A stretch of 64,000 nt of DNA from Candidatus Aminicenantes bacterium (GTDB taxonomy: Bacteria > Acidobacteriota > Aminicenantia > Aminicenantales > Saccharicenantaceae): positions 669 through 64,668 of the forward strand of contig JAGNLW010000001.1 in NCBI GenBank assembly GCA_017999365.1. Reading direction: 5' to 3'. A program made the translations under genes and the position numbers. This document shows, in pieces, positions 8,643 through 19,764 of this stretch (position 1 is the stretch's first letter; the number at the start of each line of letters is the position of its first letter). The notes under the pieces are model-generated. The model saw nothing but the letters and a program-made list of their open reading frames with translations, made no database searches and was not told the origin of the DNA.

Positions 8643-9992
8643 TCACTTGTCCGGGTCGATGATGATCCCTTCCCGCATCTTCTTCTGGACGTCTTCCCGG
8701 GAGGCGCGGATGATGTCCTCGGCCATCTTGAAGCGGACGTCGGCCGGGAAGTCGAAGCGGGCCACGCCCTCCTCGATGGCCTTGGACCCGACGGCCACGG
8801 CTTCGCGAGGGAAGACCTCCCATTCGTCCATGTTGGGGATGATGTACTCTTCGTGGATGCCCTTGTCCTCGGCCACCTTGGCCAGCTCCCGGGCGGCGGC
8901 GATGCACATGCCGTCGGTGATCGTCTTGGCCCGGACGTCCAGGGCGCCCCGGAAGATGCCGGGGAAGCCGAGGGAGTTGTTGACCTGGTTGGGGAAGTCG
9001 GACCGGCCCGTCGCGACGATCCGGGCCCCGGCCTCCTTGGCCTCCCAGGGCCAGATCTCGGGGATGGGGTTGGCCTCGGCGAAGACGATGGCGTCCTTGG
9101 CCATGGTGGCGACCCATTCGGGCTTGATCGTGCCCGGCCCGGGTGTCGAGACGCAGACGAGGACGTCGGCGCCCTTGATGGCGTCGGGGATGCCCCCGGC
9201 CTTGCAGGTCGGGTTGGTCCGCAGGCACATGTCCCACTTTTCCTTGAAGTTCTTCTGCAGGTTGTCCTTGTCCGCGCGGTCGCGGTGGAGAATGCCCTTG
9301 GAGTCGACGGACAGCATGTTGGCGCCGTTGGCCCCGGCCAGCATGATCTGGTGGGCGATGTTGATGCCCGAGGCGCCGGCCCCGACGACCGTGACCTTGA
9401 CCTCGGCGATGTCCTTCTTGACGATCTTGAGGGCGTTGATCAGGCCGGCCACGGTGACGCAGGCCGTGCCCTGCTGGTCGTCGTGCCAGACGGGGATCTC
9501 GCACTTGGAGCGCAGCTCGTCGAGGATGCGGAAGCATTTGGGCTGGCTGATGTCCTCGAGGTTGAAGCCGCCGAACGAGGGCTGGAGGGCCCGGCCGATC
9601 TCGATGATCTTGTCGGGGTCCTTCTCGTCGAGGCAGATGGGGAAGGCGTCGACGCCGCCCAGGTACTTGTAGAGGATGCCTTTGCCCTCCATGACCGGAA
9701 GGCCGGCCTCGGGGCCGATGTCGCCCAGGCCGAGGACCCGCGTGCCGTCGCTGATGACGGCCACGGAATTCCACTTATTCGTGTACTCGTAGGCCTTCTG
9801 CTTGTCGGCGTGGATCTCCTTGCAGACGGCCGCGACGCCGGGCGTGTACCAGATCGCGAAATCCTGGAAATCGCGGATCCGGCACTTCAGGGCCGTGCCC
9901 ATCTTGCCCTTGTAGAAGGAGTGGAGCCTCGGGGCGTCCAGGGAAGGCTGCTTGGCCTTGGCCAACAGCTCTTCGACGGTGACTTTCTTCAT
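8643..9992 (-). CDS. NAD(P)-dependent malic enzyme (short form)
   Basis: Start trimmed to MKKVTVEEL, preceded by GAGGAGG. Malic-enzyme NAD-binding motif VVGAGASG. Confidence 0.9.
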   Translation of the reverse strand: MKKVTVEELLAKAKQPSLDAPRLHSFYKGKMGTALKCRIRDFQDFAIWYTPGVAAVCKEIHADKQKAYEYTNKWNSVAVISDGTRVLGLGDIGPEAGLPVMEGKGILYKYLGGVDAFPICLDEKDPDKIIEIGRALQPSFGGFNLEDISQPKCFRILDELRSKCEIPVWHDDQQGTACVTVAGLINALKIVKKDIAEVKVTVVGAGASGINIAHQIMLAGANGANMLSVDSKGILHRDRADKDNLQKNFKEKWDMCLRTNPTCKAGGIPDAIKGADVLVCVSTPGPGTIKPEWVATMAKDAIVFAEANPIPEIWPWEAKEAGARIVATGRSDFPNQVNNSLGFPGIFRGALDVRAKTITDGMCIAAARELAKVAEDKGIHEEYIIPNMDEWEVFPREAVAVGSKAIEEGVARFDFPADVRFKMAEDIIRASREDVQKKMREGIIIDPDK

Positions 9993-10047
9993 GAACGAAC
10001 CTCCTCGAAAATTGGAAACCTCATCATATTGACGGGCCCCCGGAATG

Positions 10048-10920
10048 TCAACCGTTTTCGGGCCCGCCGGCGGGGACGAAGACGAGCCTCCGGCCCTCCC
10101 GGCGGACCGCCCCGAACGGGTGGCGGGCCTCATGGCCGAAGCCCAGAGTCCAGCCCCCGTCGGCGGCCTTTTCGAGCAGGGCCTTCTTGTTGTCGAAGGT
10201 CAGGACCGGATAGAGGTCGTAGCTCATGATGGCCGGCAGGTCGATGTGGGCCGCGGTCGGCACGGCGTCGGCCAGGAATACGAAGACCCGCCCCCCGCTC
10301 TCGACCTTGACGGCCATGTGGGACGCGGTGTGGCCGGCCGCGACGACCGCGTCGACGCCCGGGGCGAGGGGCGCGTCGCCGTCGAGGAGCGTCAGGCGCC
10401 CGGTCTCGGCCAGCGGCCGGAGCCGGGCCGGGATGTAGCTGGGCTTGTCCCGCTCGCAGGGCTCCATGGCCTGCGCCCACTCCCCTCTCTGGACGGCGTA
10501 GCGGGCCCGGGGGAACGCCGGCGCCCAGGTCCCCTCGGCCGTGCGCCGGGTGTTCCCGCCGCAGTGGTCGAAATGGAGGTGGCTGTTGACCACGATATCG
10601 ATGTCCTCCGGCCCCAGGCCCAGCTCGGCCAAGCGGCCGAAGAGACCCGGCCCGCGCTCGATCGTGTAGAAGTCGACATGCCGCCGGGCCACGTCCGGCC
10701 CGACCCCCGTGTCGAGGAGGAGGGTCGCGTCCGGGGTCCGGACGAGGTAACAGTTCAAGGCCAGGGTGACGCGGTTCTCGGCGTCCGGCGCGGCCTTGCG
10801 GGCCCAGAGGGTCCGCGGCACGACCCCGAACATGGCCCCGCCGTCGACGCGGAAGGCGCCGTCGGCGAGGCGGACGATCTCGACGTCGCCCAGGACGAGC
10901 CGGTCGGCGGCGGGGATCAT
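10048..10920 (-). CDS. MBL-fold metallo-hydrolase (lactonase-like)
   Basis: HLHFDHCGG (HxHxDH) motif. Start trimmed to MIPAADRLVLGD. The ATG overlaps the nuoI stop (ATGA). Confidence 0.8.
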   Translation of the reverse strand: MIPAADRLVLGDVEIVRLADGAFRVDGGAMFGVVPRTLWARKAAPDAENRVTLALNCYLVRTPDATLLLDTGVGPDVARRHVDFYTIERGPGLFGRLAELGLGPEDIDIVVNSHLHFDHCGGNTRRTAEGTWAPAFPRARYAVQRGEWAQAMEPCERDKPSYIPARLRPLAETGRLTLLDGDAPLAPGVDAVVAAGHTASHMAVKVESGGRVFVFLADAVPTAAHIDLPAIMSYDLYPVLTFDNKKALLEKAADGGWTLGFGHEARHPFGAVRREGRRLVFVPAGGPENG

Positions 10921-11384
10921 TCCGCGTCCAGCCTCTTCACGAGCCCGTCCCGGGAGGCCGCGGCCAGCCTGATCTCGCCCGTGTCCATGCGGATGGCGTC
11001 GACCGGGCAGGCCTCGACGCAGAAGCCGCAGAAGCAGCAGCGGTCGAGGTCGACGGCGAAGCGGGCCGGCCGCTTGGGGTCGTCCGGGTCGCCCGTGTCG
11101 GCGGCCTCGACGGTCAGGCACTCGGACGGGCAGACCGTGACGCAAAGCATGCAGGCGACGCAGCTCGGCTTCCCGTCGGGGCCGGGCCGGAGCCGGTGCA
11201 GGCTGCGGTGGCGGGACGACAGGGGCTTGCGCTCCTCGGGATACTGGACCGTCACGGCGCCGCGCCGCCGGGTCCGGACGCCGAGGAGCTTCAGGGTATG
11301 AAAGGCCATGTTGACGAAGAAGTGGCGGGCCGTGATGCCCGCCCCCCTCAGGACCTCCCTCACGGCGCGCCAGGCATTCCTCAT
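10917..11384 (-). CDS. nuoI: NADH-quinone oxidoreductase subunit I (2x[4Fe-4S])
   Basis: Two CxxCxxCxxxCP ferredoxin motifs. Confidence 0.9.
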   Translation of the reverse strand: MRNAWRAVREVLRGAGITARHFFVNMAFHTLKLLGVRTRRRGAVTVQYPEERKPLSSRHRSLHRLRPGPDGKPSCVACMLCVTVCPSECLTVEAADTGDPDDPKRPARFAVDLDRCCFCGFCVEACPVDAIRMDTGEIRLAAASRDGLVKRLDAE

Positions 11385-11391
11385 GGCCCGC

Positions 11392-12471
11392 CTACCTCAC
11401 CGCCAGGACGAGGGCCGTGGCCAGGATGTTCAGGACGCCGAGGGGGACGAGGACCTTCCAGCCGAAGTCCATGACCTGGTCGTAGCGGAGCCGGGGGTAG
11501 GTCCAGCGGACAAGGATCTGGAGCCAGCAGAAGAAGAGGACCTTGAGGTTGAAGGCCAGCACCCGCAGGGCCGTGACGGCCCAGGGCGCCAGGTCCCAGG
11601 TGCCTCCCCACGGGACATCGAAGCCGCCGTCGCCCAGCCAGGGCACCTGCCAGCCGCCGAAGAACAGCGTCGTCGCGAGCAGGGCCAGGACGATGACCTC
11701 GAGGAAGTCCGTGAACATGAACAGGCCGAACTTGAGACCGCCGTACTCGGTGTAGAAGCCGATGATCTCGGATTCCCCTTCGGGCATGTCGAAGGGCACC
11801 CGCTTGGTCTCGGCCAGGCCGGCCAGGAAGAAGACGGCGAAGCCGAGCGGCTGGAGGAAGACGCCCCACTTGGGCAGGAAGCCGAAGAGAAGGCCCCCCT
11901 GGTGCGCCACGATGGCCGAGAGGCGGAGCGAGGGGAAGACCAGGACCAGGCCGACGAGGGAGAGCCCCAGGGCGACCTCGTAGGAGATGAGCTGGGCCGC
12001 GCCGCGGAGGCTGCCGATCAGGGCGAACCGGTTGGACGAAGCCCAGCCGCCGAGCAGGATGCCGTAGACTCCCAGGCCCAGCATCGCCAGGACGAAGATC
12101 AGGGCGGCGTCGAGGTCGGCGACCTGGAGGGCGATGTCCCGGCCGAACAGGCGGACCGTGTCCCCGAAGGGCACCGCGACGACGGTCACGGCGACGCAGA
12201 AGAAGGACACCGCCGGCGCCAGCGCGTGGAGGGGCCGCTTGGCGAAGGTCGGGGAGAAATCCTCTTTGAAGAACATCTTGATGGCGTCGGCGAAAGGCTG
12301 GAAGAGGCCGAACAGTCGGAGGCCCAGCACCGAGGCCCGGTTGGCCCCGATGCGGTCCTGCATGACGGCGCTCTGCTTGCGCTCGACCCAGGTCAGGAAG
12401 AGGGCCAGGAGCAGGGTCCAGGTCATGGCCAGGACCGTCTTGACCAGGACGATGAGCGCGTCAGCGAGCAT
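11392..12471 (-). CDS. nuoH: NADH-quinone oxidoreductase subunit H
   Basis: Polytopic membrane protein matching the NuoH/ND1 family. Confidence 0.95.
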   Translation of the reverse strand: MLADALIVLVKTVLAMTWTLLLALFLTWVERKQSAVMQDRIGANRASVLGLRLFGLFQPFADAIKMFFKEDFSPTFAKRPLHALAPAVSFFCVAVTVVAVPFGDTVRLFGRDIALQVADLDAALIFVLAMLGLGVYGILLGGWASSNRFALIGSLRGAAQLISYEVALGLSLVGLVLVFPSLRLSAIVAHQGGLLFGFLPKWGVFLQPLGFAVFFLAGLAETKRVPFDMPEGESEIIGFYTEYGGLKFGLFMFTDFLEVIVLALLATTLFFGGWQVPWLGDGGFDVPWGGTWDLAPWAVTALRVLAFNLKVLFFCWLQILVRWTYPRLRYDQVMDFGWKVLVPLGVLNILATALVLAVR

Positions 12472-13938
12472 CGCCCTCTCCCGTTCCGAGTCCCAGGCGC
12501 CGGGCCAGGCCGGCCAGGACCCGTCCCGCCGAAGGCACCCCCGGCGCCGCCGCGACGGCCGGTTCGAAGGCCTGGCGGAGGCCTTCGACGTTGATGAAGG
12601 ATCCCGACGTCTCGTAGGGCACGGCCAAGGGAACGACGAGGTCGAAGCGACCGTCGAGGGGCCCGGCGTGGCTGGCGAACAGGACCTTGAAAGCGGCCTG
12701 GCCCGAGGCCTGCCCGGTCACGGCGGCCGGGGCGGCCCCCGCGAACGGAGGGCCGAAGACGAGGAGGACGTCGACCGGCCGAGTGAGGGCCGCCGGCCCG
12801 GTCGCGAAACCGGCCTCGCGGACGCCCCGGGCGTTGGGCACGCGTTCCGCCGTCAGCAGGAAGCCGTCGGCCGCGCCGGGCGGGGGATCGGCGAAGAGGA
12901 CCTCGCCGACGCCCAAGCCATCGACGAAGAGGCGGCGGGCCAGAGCGAGATCCTCGCAGGTCAGGGCGGAATGGAGCACGACGGCGATCCGGGCCGGGCG
13001 CCCGGCCGCGGGAATCGCGCCCAACCGGTCGGCGACTTCGGCCACGGCGGCGGCCCAGTCGGTCCCCGGCCGCGACACGCGGGCCAGGCGGCCCTCGTCC
13101 GGGTCCCTCCGGCCGGCCCGGCCGAGGTCGCAGATCCAGGGACCGTTGACGGCCGGATTCTCGCCCGCCCGGACGCGGAAGACGCGGCGCCCGCCGCCCG
13201 GGAGCGGATAGCCGGCGATGGACTCGACGACGACCGTGCAACCCCGGCCGCAGCGGGGACAGACCGAGGGCCGCCGCTCCAGGAACCAGGCCCTGGTCCG
13301 GAACCGGAAGTCCGCGTCGGTGATGGCCCCGACGGGACAGATGTCGACGAGGTTGCCGGCGTAATCCGTGTCGACGGGCATCCCGTCATAGACGCCGATC
13401 TCGGAGCGCAGGCCGCGCTCGAACACGCCCAGCTCGCCCGTCCCGGTCACGGTCCTCAGGAAACGGACGCAGCGGGTGCAGAGGATGCAGCGCTCGCGGT
13501 CGAGGAGGAGCCCGCGGCCGATGGGGACGAGCTTGTCCCGCTTCTCCTTGGGCTCCCGGAAGCGGCCCGGGAAACGGCCGTGGGCGTCGTAGAGGTCTTG
13601 GAGACGGCACTCCCCGGCCTTGTCGCAGACGGGGCAGTCGAGGGGATGCTCGGCCAGCAGGAATTCGAGCACGTCCCGGCGGGCCTCCGTCACCCGCGGC
13701 GTGGCCGTCCGCACGACCAGGCCCTCGCGGACGGCGGTGGCGCAGGCCAGTTCCAGCTTGGGCAGGCCCTCGATCTCGACCAGGCACATGCGGCAGCCCC
13801 CGGCCGCTTCGAGGGCGGGGTGGTAGCAGAAGTGCGGGATGTCGATCCCGGCCGCGGCCGCGGCCCGCAGCACGTTCGTTCCCTCGGCCGCCCGGACCGG
13901 GGCCCCGTCGATCGTCAGTGCGACCGTCCGCGGCGCGC

Positions 13939-13942
<4 letters not shown>
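12461..13942 (-). CDS. nuoG: NADH-quinone oxidoreductase subunit G (short form, about 493 aa)
   Basis: N-terminal 2Fe-2S and 4Fe-4S cysteine motifs (CYHPALEAAGGCRMC, CPVCDKAGEC). GTG start overlaps the nuoF stop (GTGA). The long ORF-track N-terminus is rejected. Confidence 0.85.
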
Positions 13943-15182
<1,240 letters not shown>

Positions 15183-15186
<4 letters not shown>

Positions 15187-15665
15187 TTCGCTTCGAGCTC
15201 CCGGATGAGCGTTTCGGCCGCCTCGCGGGTCATCGGACCGCGGTCGACGCCGTCGACCTGCAGGCAGGGCGCGTGGTCGCAGTTCCCCAGGCATTCGACC
15301 GTCAGGAGCGTGAACCGCCCGTCGGCCGTCGTCTCGCCGCCGTCGGCCAGCCCGAGCCGCCCGCGGAGGAAGGCGACCAGGTCCTCGGACCCGGCCAGCG
15401 CACAGCTCAGGTTGCGGCAGACCTCGATCACGGTCCGCCCGGCCGGCCGGCGGCGGAACATCGAGTAGAACGTGACGGCTTCGCGGACGCGGACCGGAGA
15501 CAGCCCCAGCCGCCCGGCCGCCCAGAGCTCGGCCTCGGGAGATATGAAACCCGCTTCGTCCTGGATGAGGCGCAGGACCGGCAGCAGGGCCGCGCCGGGC
15601 CGCGGATACTGGGCGACGGCCCGCGCGACGCGCTCCAGTGTCTCCGGGGAAGGGCTGTAGCTCAC
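15183..15665 (-). CDS. nuoE: NADH-quinone oxidoreductase subunit E
   Basis: 24-kDa 2Fe-2S thioredoxin-like subunit with motifs CRNLSCALAG and CLGNCDHAPC. Confidence 0.9.
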
Positions 15666-16987
15666 CGGTCGAGCTCCCCGCCGATCATGTTCATGGAGCC
15701 GAAGGTCGGGATGACGTCCGCGACGAGCCGGCCCTTGATGAGCTGTTCGAGGGCCGCGACGATATGGAAGCAGGGCGCCCGGAGGTGCAGCCGGTAGGGC
15801 CGGCCGGTCCCGTCGGAGACGATGTAGAAGCCGACCTCGCCGTTGCCGCCCTCGACCGCGCAGTAGATGTCGCCCTTGGGGGGCCGGAGGCCCTTGCCGT
15901 CCATGAAGAACAGGAAGTGGCCGATGAGGCCCTCCATCGTCGTGTAGGTGTCCTCCTTGGCCGGCACGCCGGCCTCAGGGGCCGCCAGGCCCGCCAGACG
16001 CTCCTTCTCCGAGCCCTCCAAGTTGGGCGAGAGGGCGATGCGCTCCCCGATCCGTTGGCGCTTCGACCGCCGGACGGCTTCGGCCGGCTCGACGGCGGGC
16101 CCGCCGGCGAGCGGGGCCGCCTCGGGGATGAGGGCCGAGACCTGTTCGAGGAGCCGCAGGCTCTGCTCGATCTCGCGCATGCGGACGGCGTAGCGGTCGT
16201 AGTTGTCCCCGTTCTCCCCGACCGGGACCTCGAAGTCCAGGCGGTCGTAGACGAGATAGGGGCTGGCCTTGCGGACGTCGTAGGCGACGCCCGTCGAGCG
16301 CAGGCAGGGGCCCGTCCAGCCGTAGGACAGGGCGTCCTCGCGCGAGATCGTCCCGACGCCCCGGGTCCGGCCCTGGAAGATGTTGTTGGCGTCGAGCAGG
16401 CCCGAGACGTCCCTGAGGACGCGGCGCGTCTCCCTGACCGCGGCGGCGACCGCGTCCCGCCACCCGGGGGCCAGGTCGGCCCGGACGCCGCCGATGCGGA
16501 TGTAGGAGGTCGTCATGCGGGCCCCGGCCGTGAGCTCGATGGCATCCCAGAGGAACTCGCGGGCCTTCATCATATAGAGGAAGACGGTGAAGGCGCCGCA
16601 CTCCATGGCCATGGCCGCGAGACAGGTCAGGTGGTCCGAGACGCGCGACAGCTCGCTCATGAGGACGCGGATGAGCTGGGCCCGCTCGGGCACGGCCAGG
16701 CCCATGAGCTTCTCCACGGCCATGGCGTAGCCCAGGTTGTTGATGAGGGGCGAGACGTAGTTGAGGCGGTCCGTGTAGGGCAGGAGGTTGAACCAGGTCT
16801 TGTGCTCGCAGGTCTTCTCGAAGCCGCGGTGGAGGTAGCCGACCTCGACCTCGGCGTTGAGGATGCGCTCGGCGTCGAGCTCGAGCATGATCCGGATGGT
16901 CCCGTGCATGGCCGGATGGGACGGGCCCATGTTGAGGAGCAGGCTCTCCGGCCGGGCCTCGCGCTGCAGCCGCGTCAGGGGGTCCAC
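15662..16987 (-). CDS. nuoD: NADH-quinone oxidoreductase subunit D
   Basis: 49-kDa subunit family. Kept separate from nuoC. Confidence 0.95.
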   Translation of the reverse strand: MDPLTRLQREARPESLLLNMGPSHPAMHGTIRIMLELDAERILNAEVEVGYLHRGFEKTCEHKTWFNLLPYTDRLNYVSPLINNLGYAMAVEKLMGLAVPERAQLIRVLMSELSRVSDHLTCLAAMAMECGAFTVFLYMMKAREFLWDAIELTAGARMTTSYIRIGGVRADLAPGWRDAVAAAVRETRRVLRDVSGLLDANNIFQGRTRGVGTISREDALSYGWTGPCLRSTGVAYDVRKASPYLVYDRLDFEVPVGENGDNYDRYAVRMREIEQSLRLLEQVSALIPEAAPLAGGPAVEPAEAVRRSKRQRIGERIALSPNLEGSEKERLAGLAAPEAGVPAKEDTYTTMEGLIGHFLFFMDGKGLRPPKGDIYCAVEGGNGEVGFYIVSDGTGRPYRLHLRAPCFHIVAALEQLIKGRLVADVIPTFGSMNMIGGELDR

Positions 16988-16988
16988 G

Positions 16989-17480
16989 TCAGTCGCCGCC
17001 CTTCAGGGGGATGCGGGGCTGGGCCAGGCGCCAGGGATAGGACTTCCGCAGAGGGTGGCCCTCGAAGCCCTCGTACGTCAGCAGCCGGCGGAGATAGGGG
17101 TGGCCGTCGAAGCGGACGCCGAACATGTCGAAGACCTCGCGCTCCAGCCACTCGGCGTTCTTCCACAGCCCGACGAGACTGGGCGCGGCCGGGTCGGCCG
17201 CGGCGAGGGAGCACTTGACCCGCAGGCGGGCGTTGCGGGAGACCGACAGGAGGTGGTAGACGAGTTCGTACCTCCCCTCGGTCCCGGCGTAGTCGACGCC
17301 GGCGAGGTCGAGCAGGACGGCGTAGTCGAAAGGCCGGGCCCGGAGCACGGCCATGACCTCCCGGACGGCGCCGGCCTTGACGACGACGACCGTATCGCCG
17401 AGGGACTCCCCCGCCGACTCGACGGCGTCGCCGAGCGCGGCCCGGAGGTCGGCGATCAGGGCTTCTTTCCCCATCGCCAA
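16989..17480 (-). CDS. nuoC: NADH-quinone oxidoreductase subunit C
   Basis: 30-kDa subunit family. Confidence 0.9.
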   Translation of the reverse strand: MAMGKEALIADLRAALGDAVESAGESLGDTVVVVKAGAVREVMAVLRARPFDYAVLLDLAGVDYAGTEGRYELVYHLLSVSRNARLRVKCSLAAADPAAPSLVGLWKNAEWLEREVFDMFGVRFDGHPYLRRLLTYEGFEGHPLRKSYPWRLAQPRIPLKGGD

Positions 17481-17932
17481 TCCTGAGGCTCTTTCTGGAT
17501 CTTGTCCTGGAGCTTCATCAGCCCGTCGAGGACGGTCTCCGGCCGAGGCGGGCAGCCGGGGATGTAGACGTCGACGGGCACGATCCGGTCGATGCCCTGG
17601 ACGACGGCGTAGTTCTGGTAGATGCCCCCGCTCACGGCGCAGGCCCCGAAGGCGATGACCCAGCGGGGCTCGAGCATCTGGTCGTAGACCGTCCGCAGGA
17701 CGGGGGCCAGCTTGTGGGTGACCGTCCCGACGACGAGGAGCAGGTCCGCCTGCCGGGGCGAGAAGCGGGTCAGCCCGGCCCCGAAGCGGTCGATGTCGAA
17801 GTGGGCGCAGGCCGCCGACATGTATTCCATGCCGCAGCAGGCCGTGATGAACGGATAGTGGAAGAGGGAGAACTTGCGCCCCCAGCCGAGGGCCGTCTCG
17901 AGCCGCGTCGTCAGGTAGTCGAAGCCGCTCAT
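17456..17932 (-). CDS. nuoB: NADH-quinone oxidoreductase subunit B
   Basis: PSST family with CCGMEYM and GCPPRP motifs. Start trimmed to MSGFDYL. ATGA overlap with nuoA. Confidence 0.9.
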   Translation of the reverse strand: MSGFDYLTTRLETALGWGRKFSLFHYPFITACCGMEYMSAACAHFDIDRFGAGLTRFSPRQADLLLVVGTVTHKLAPVLRTVYDQMLEPRWVIAFGACAVSGGIYQNYAVVQGIDRIVPVDVYIPGCPPRPETVLDGLMKLQDKIQKEPQDWRWGKKP

Positions 17933-18273
17933 GACCAGCGGAAGACGCCTTTCTTCCAAGCGTAGACGAAGCCCAGGCCGAGGACGAGGACGAAGGCGCC
18001 CAGGGCGGCCAGGCCGGCCCCGCCCCGGCCCCGGTAGGCCAGCGCCATCGGGAACAGGAACACGGCCTCGACGTCGAGCAGGAGGAAGAGCAGCGCGACC
18101 AGGAAGAACGGGATGTTGACCGGGCCGATGCCCGCCTGGAGCGGCGGGCTGCCGCACTCGAAGGGCTTTTCGCGGGCCGCCCTCGGCCGGCGCGGGCCGA
18201 GGACCCGGTTGACCAGGACCATGACGGCCGACATCAGGCCGAAGACGAGGAAGGCGATGGCGAGTTCGAGCAT
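17929..18273 (-). CDS. nuoA: NADH-quinone oxidoreductase subunit A
   Basis: Small three-TM NuoA family protein. Confidence 0.9.
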   Translation of the reverse strand: MLELAIAFLVFGLMSAVMVLVNRVLGPRRPRAAREKPFECGSPPLQAGIGPVNIPFFLVALLFLLLDVEAVFLFPMALAYRGRGGAGLAALGAFVLVLGLGFVYAWKKGVFRWS

Positions 18274-18294
18274 GTCGTCCCGTGGAGCGTGCCG

Positions 18295-18323
18295 ATTCTA
18301 TCGGAAGCCCCGTCAATCGTCAA
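18295..18323 (-). promoter_or_regulatory. Putative sigma-70 promoter of the nuo operon (TTGACG-17-TAGAAT)
   Basis: Minus-strand TTGACGATTGACG direct repeat, 17-nt spacer to TAGAAT, in the 78-bp lpdA–nuoA gap. Confidence 0.4.
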
Positions 18324-18351
18324 CGCCCGCCCGGCCCGGAGGCGGCCCCGT

Positions 18352-19752
18352 TCAGGAGTTCAGGATGTGGAGGGCCCTGTTCTCGGCCTTGAGGGCGGCC
18401 TCGCCGATGGCCTCGGACAGCGTCGGGTGGATGTAGACGATGCCGTCGAGCTCGTCGAGCGTCATCCCCTTGGCCACGGCCATGGTCAGCACGGGGAGCA
18501 TGTCCGAGGCCCCGGGAGCGACGACGTGGGCGCCGACGACCCTGCCGGTCCCGTCCGCCAGGACCTTGACCAGGCCGTCTGTGGCCTCCATGGTGAGAGC
18601 CCGGCCGCTGGCCTGCATCGGGAAGACGCCGGCCTTGACCGGGATCCCCTTGGCCGCGGCTTCTTCTTGGGTCAGGCCGACCGAAGCGAACTCGGGCTCG
18701 GTGAAGACGGCCGCCGGCAGGGCGGCGTAGTCGACCGTCCGCGCCCCGCCGCAGGCGTTGTCCGCGGCGACCAGGGCGTCGTGGTAGGCCTTGTGGGCCA
18801 GGAGCTTGCCGCCGACGACGTCGCCGATGGCGAAGACGCCCGCCTCGCTCGTCCGCAGGCCGGCGTCGACCTTGATGAAGCCCCGCTCGAGCTCCAGGCA
18901 GGGCTCGCCGTCGAAGAGGTCCGCCGTCTCGGGCCGGCGGCCGGCCGAGAGGAGGACCTTCTCGGCCCGGTACTCGAAGGGAGCGTTGGTCTTGAGGCCG
19001 ACGCCGCGGAGGGTCGCGCCTCCCTCGTCGACGGCGGCGCCCTCGATCCTCATCTCGGTGAAGACCTTCAGTCCCTGTTTCTTGAGGGCCCGCTCGAGAC
19101 GGGTCACGGCCTCCTTGTCGGAGCCGGGCAGGATCTGGGGCAGGATCTCCAGGACCGTCACGTCGGTCCCCAGGCGGCGGTAGATCGAGCCCATCTCCAG
19201 GCCGATGGCGCCGGCGCCGACGACCAGGAGGCTCCGGGGGACTTCGGGCAGGGTCAGGGCCTCGGTGCTGGTGATGACGGTCTTCCCGTCGATCTTGAGG
19301 AAGGGCAGTCCGGCGGCGACGGTGCCGGTGGCCACGACGACCTGGCCCGCTTCGAGAACCCTGTCCCCCGCCTCCGTCCGGACGACGACCGTCCGGCCGG
19401 CCCGCAGCTTCGCCGGGCCCTTGACGATCTCGACCTTGCCCTTCTCGAGCAGGAAGACGAGTCCCTTGACGAGTTGGTCGACGACGGCCTGGCGGCCCTG
19501 CTGGACCTTGGCCCAGTTCAGGCGGACCTCGCCGGCCGGCCCCTCGACCGTCCGCGAACCGGCCAGCTCCTTGAGCAGTTTGGTCTGATGGAGGAGGTAC
19601 TTCGTCGGGATGCAGCCGTAGTTGATGCACGTCCCCCCGACGCGGTCGCGGTCGACGAGCGTGACGCTCCGGCCGAGCTGGGCGGCCCGCATGGCGGCCA
19701 GGTAGCCGCCCGGCCCGCCGCCGACGATGACGAGGTCTTTCTTTTCCGACAT
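18352..19752 (-). CDS. lpdA: Dihydrolipoyl dehydrogenase
   Basis: FAD-binding GGGPGG and redox-active disulfide motif GGTCINYGCIPTK. Confidence 0.95.
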   Translation of the reverse strand: MSEKKDLVIVGGGPGGYLAAMRAAQLGRSVTLVDRDRVGGTCINYGCIPTKYLLHQTKLLKELAGSRTVEGPAGEVRLNWAKVQQGRQAVVDQLVKGLVFLLEKGKVEIVKGPAKLRAGRTVVVRTEAGDRVLEAGQVVVATGTVAAGLPFLKIDGKTVITSTEALTLPEVPRSLLVVGAGAIGLEMGSIYRRLGTDVTVLEILPQILPGSDKEAVTRLERALKKQGLKVFTEMRIEGAAVDEGGATLRGVGLKTNAPFEYRAEKVLLSAGRRPETADLFDGEPCLELERGFIKVDAGLRTSEAGVFAIGDVVGGKLLAHKAYHDALVAADNACGGARTVDYAALPAAVFTEPEFASVGLTQEEAAAKGIPVKAGVFPMQASGRALTMEATDGLVKVLADGTGRVVGAHVVAPGASDMLPVLTMAVAKGMTLDELDGIVYIHPTLSEAIGEAALKAENRALHILNS

Positions 19753-19764
19753 GGGAGTGTCCTT

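Noticed and set aside
8643-10133. Long N-terminal extensions in the ORF track for malic enzyme (8643..10133), MBL (10048..11145), nuoF, nuoG (12461..14995), nuoB, mrdA, mreC (50817..54260), rodA, fmt, truB, mdh and the LDT lipoprotein
   Set aside because: The extensions are low-complexity and overlap upstream conserved genes. Internal starts coincide with RBSs, 4-nt coupling overlaps and the conserved N-termini of the protein families.
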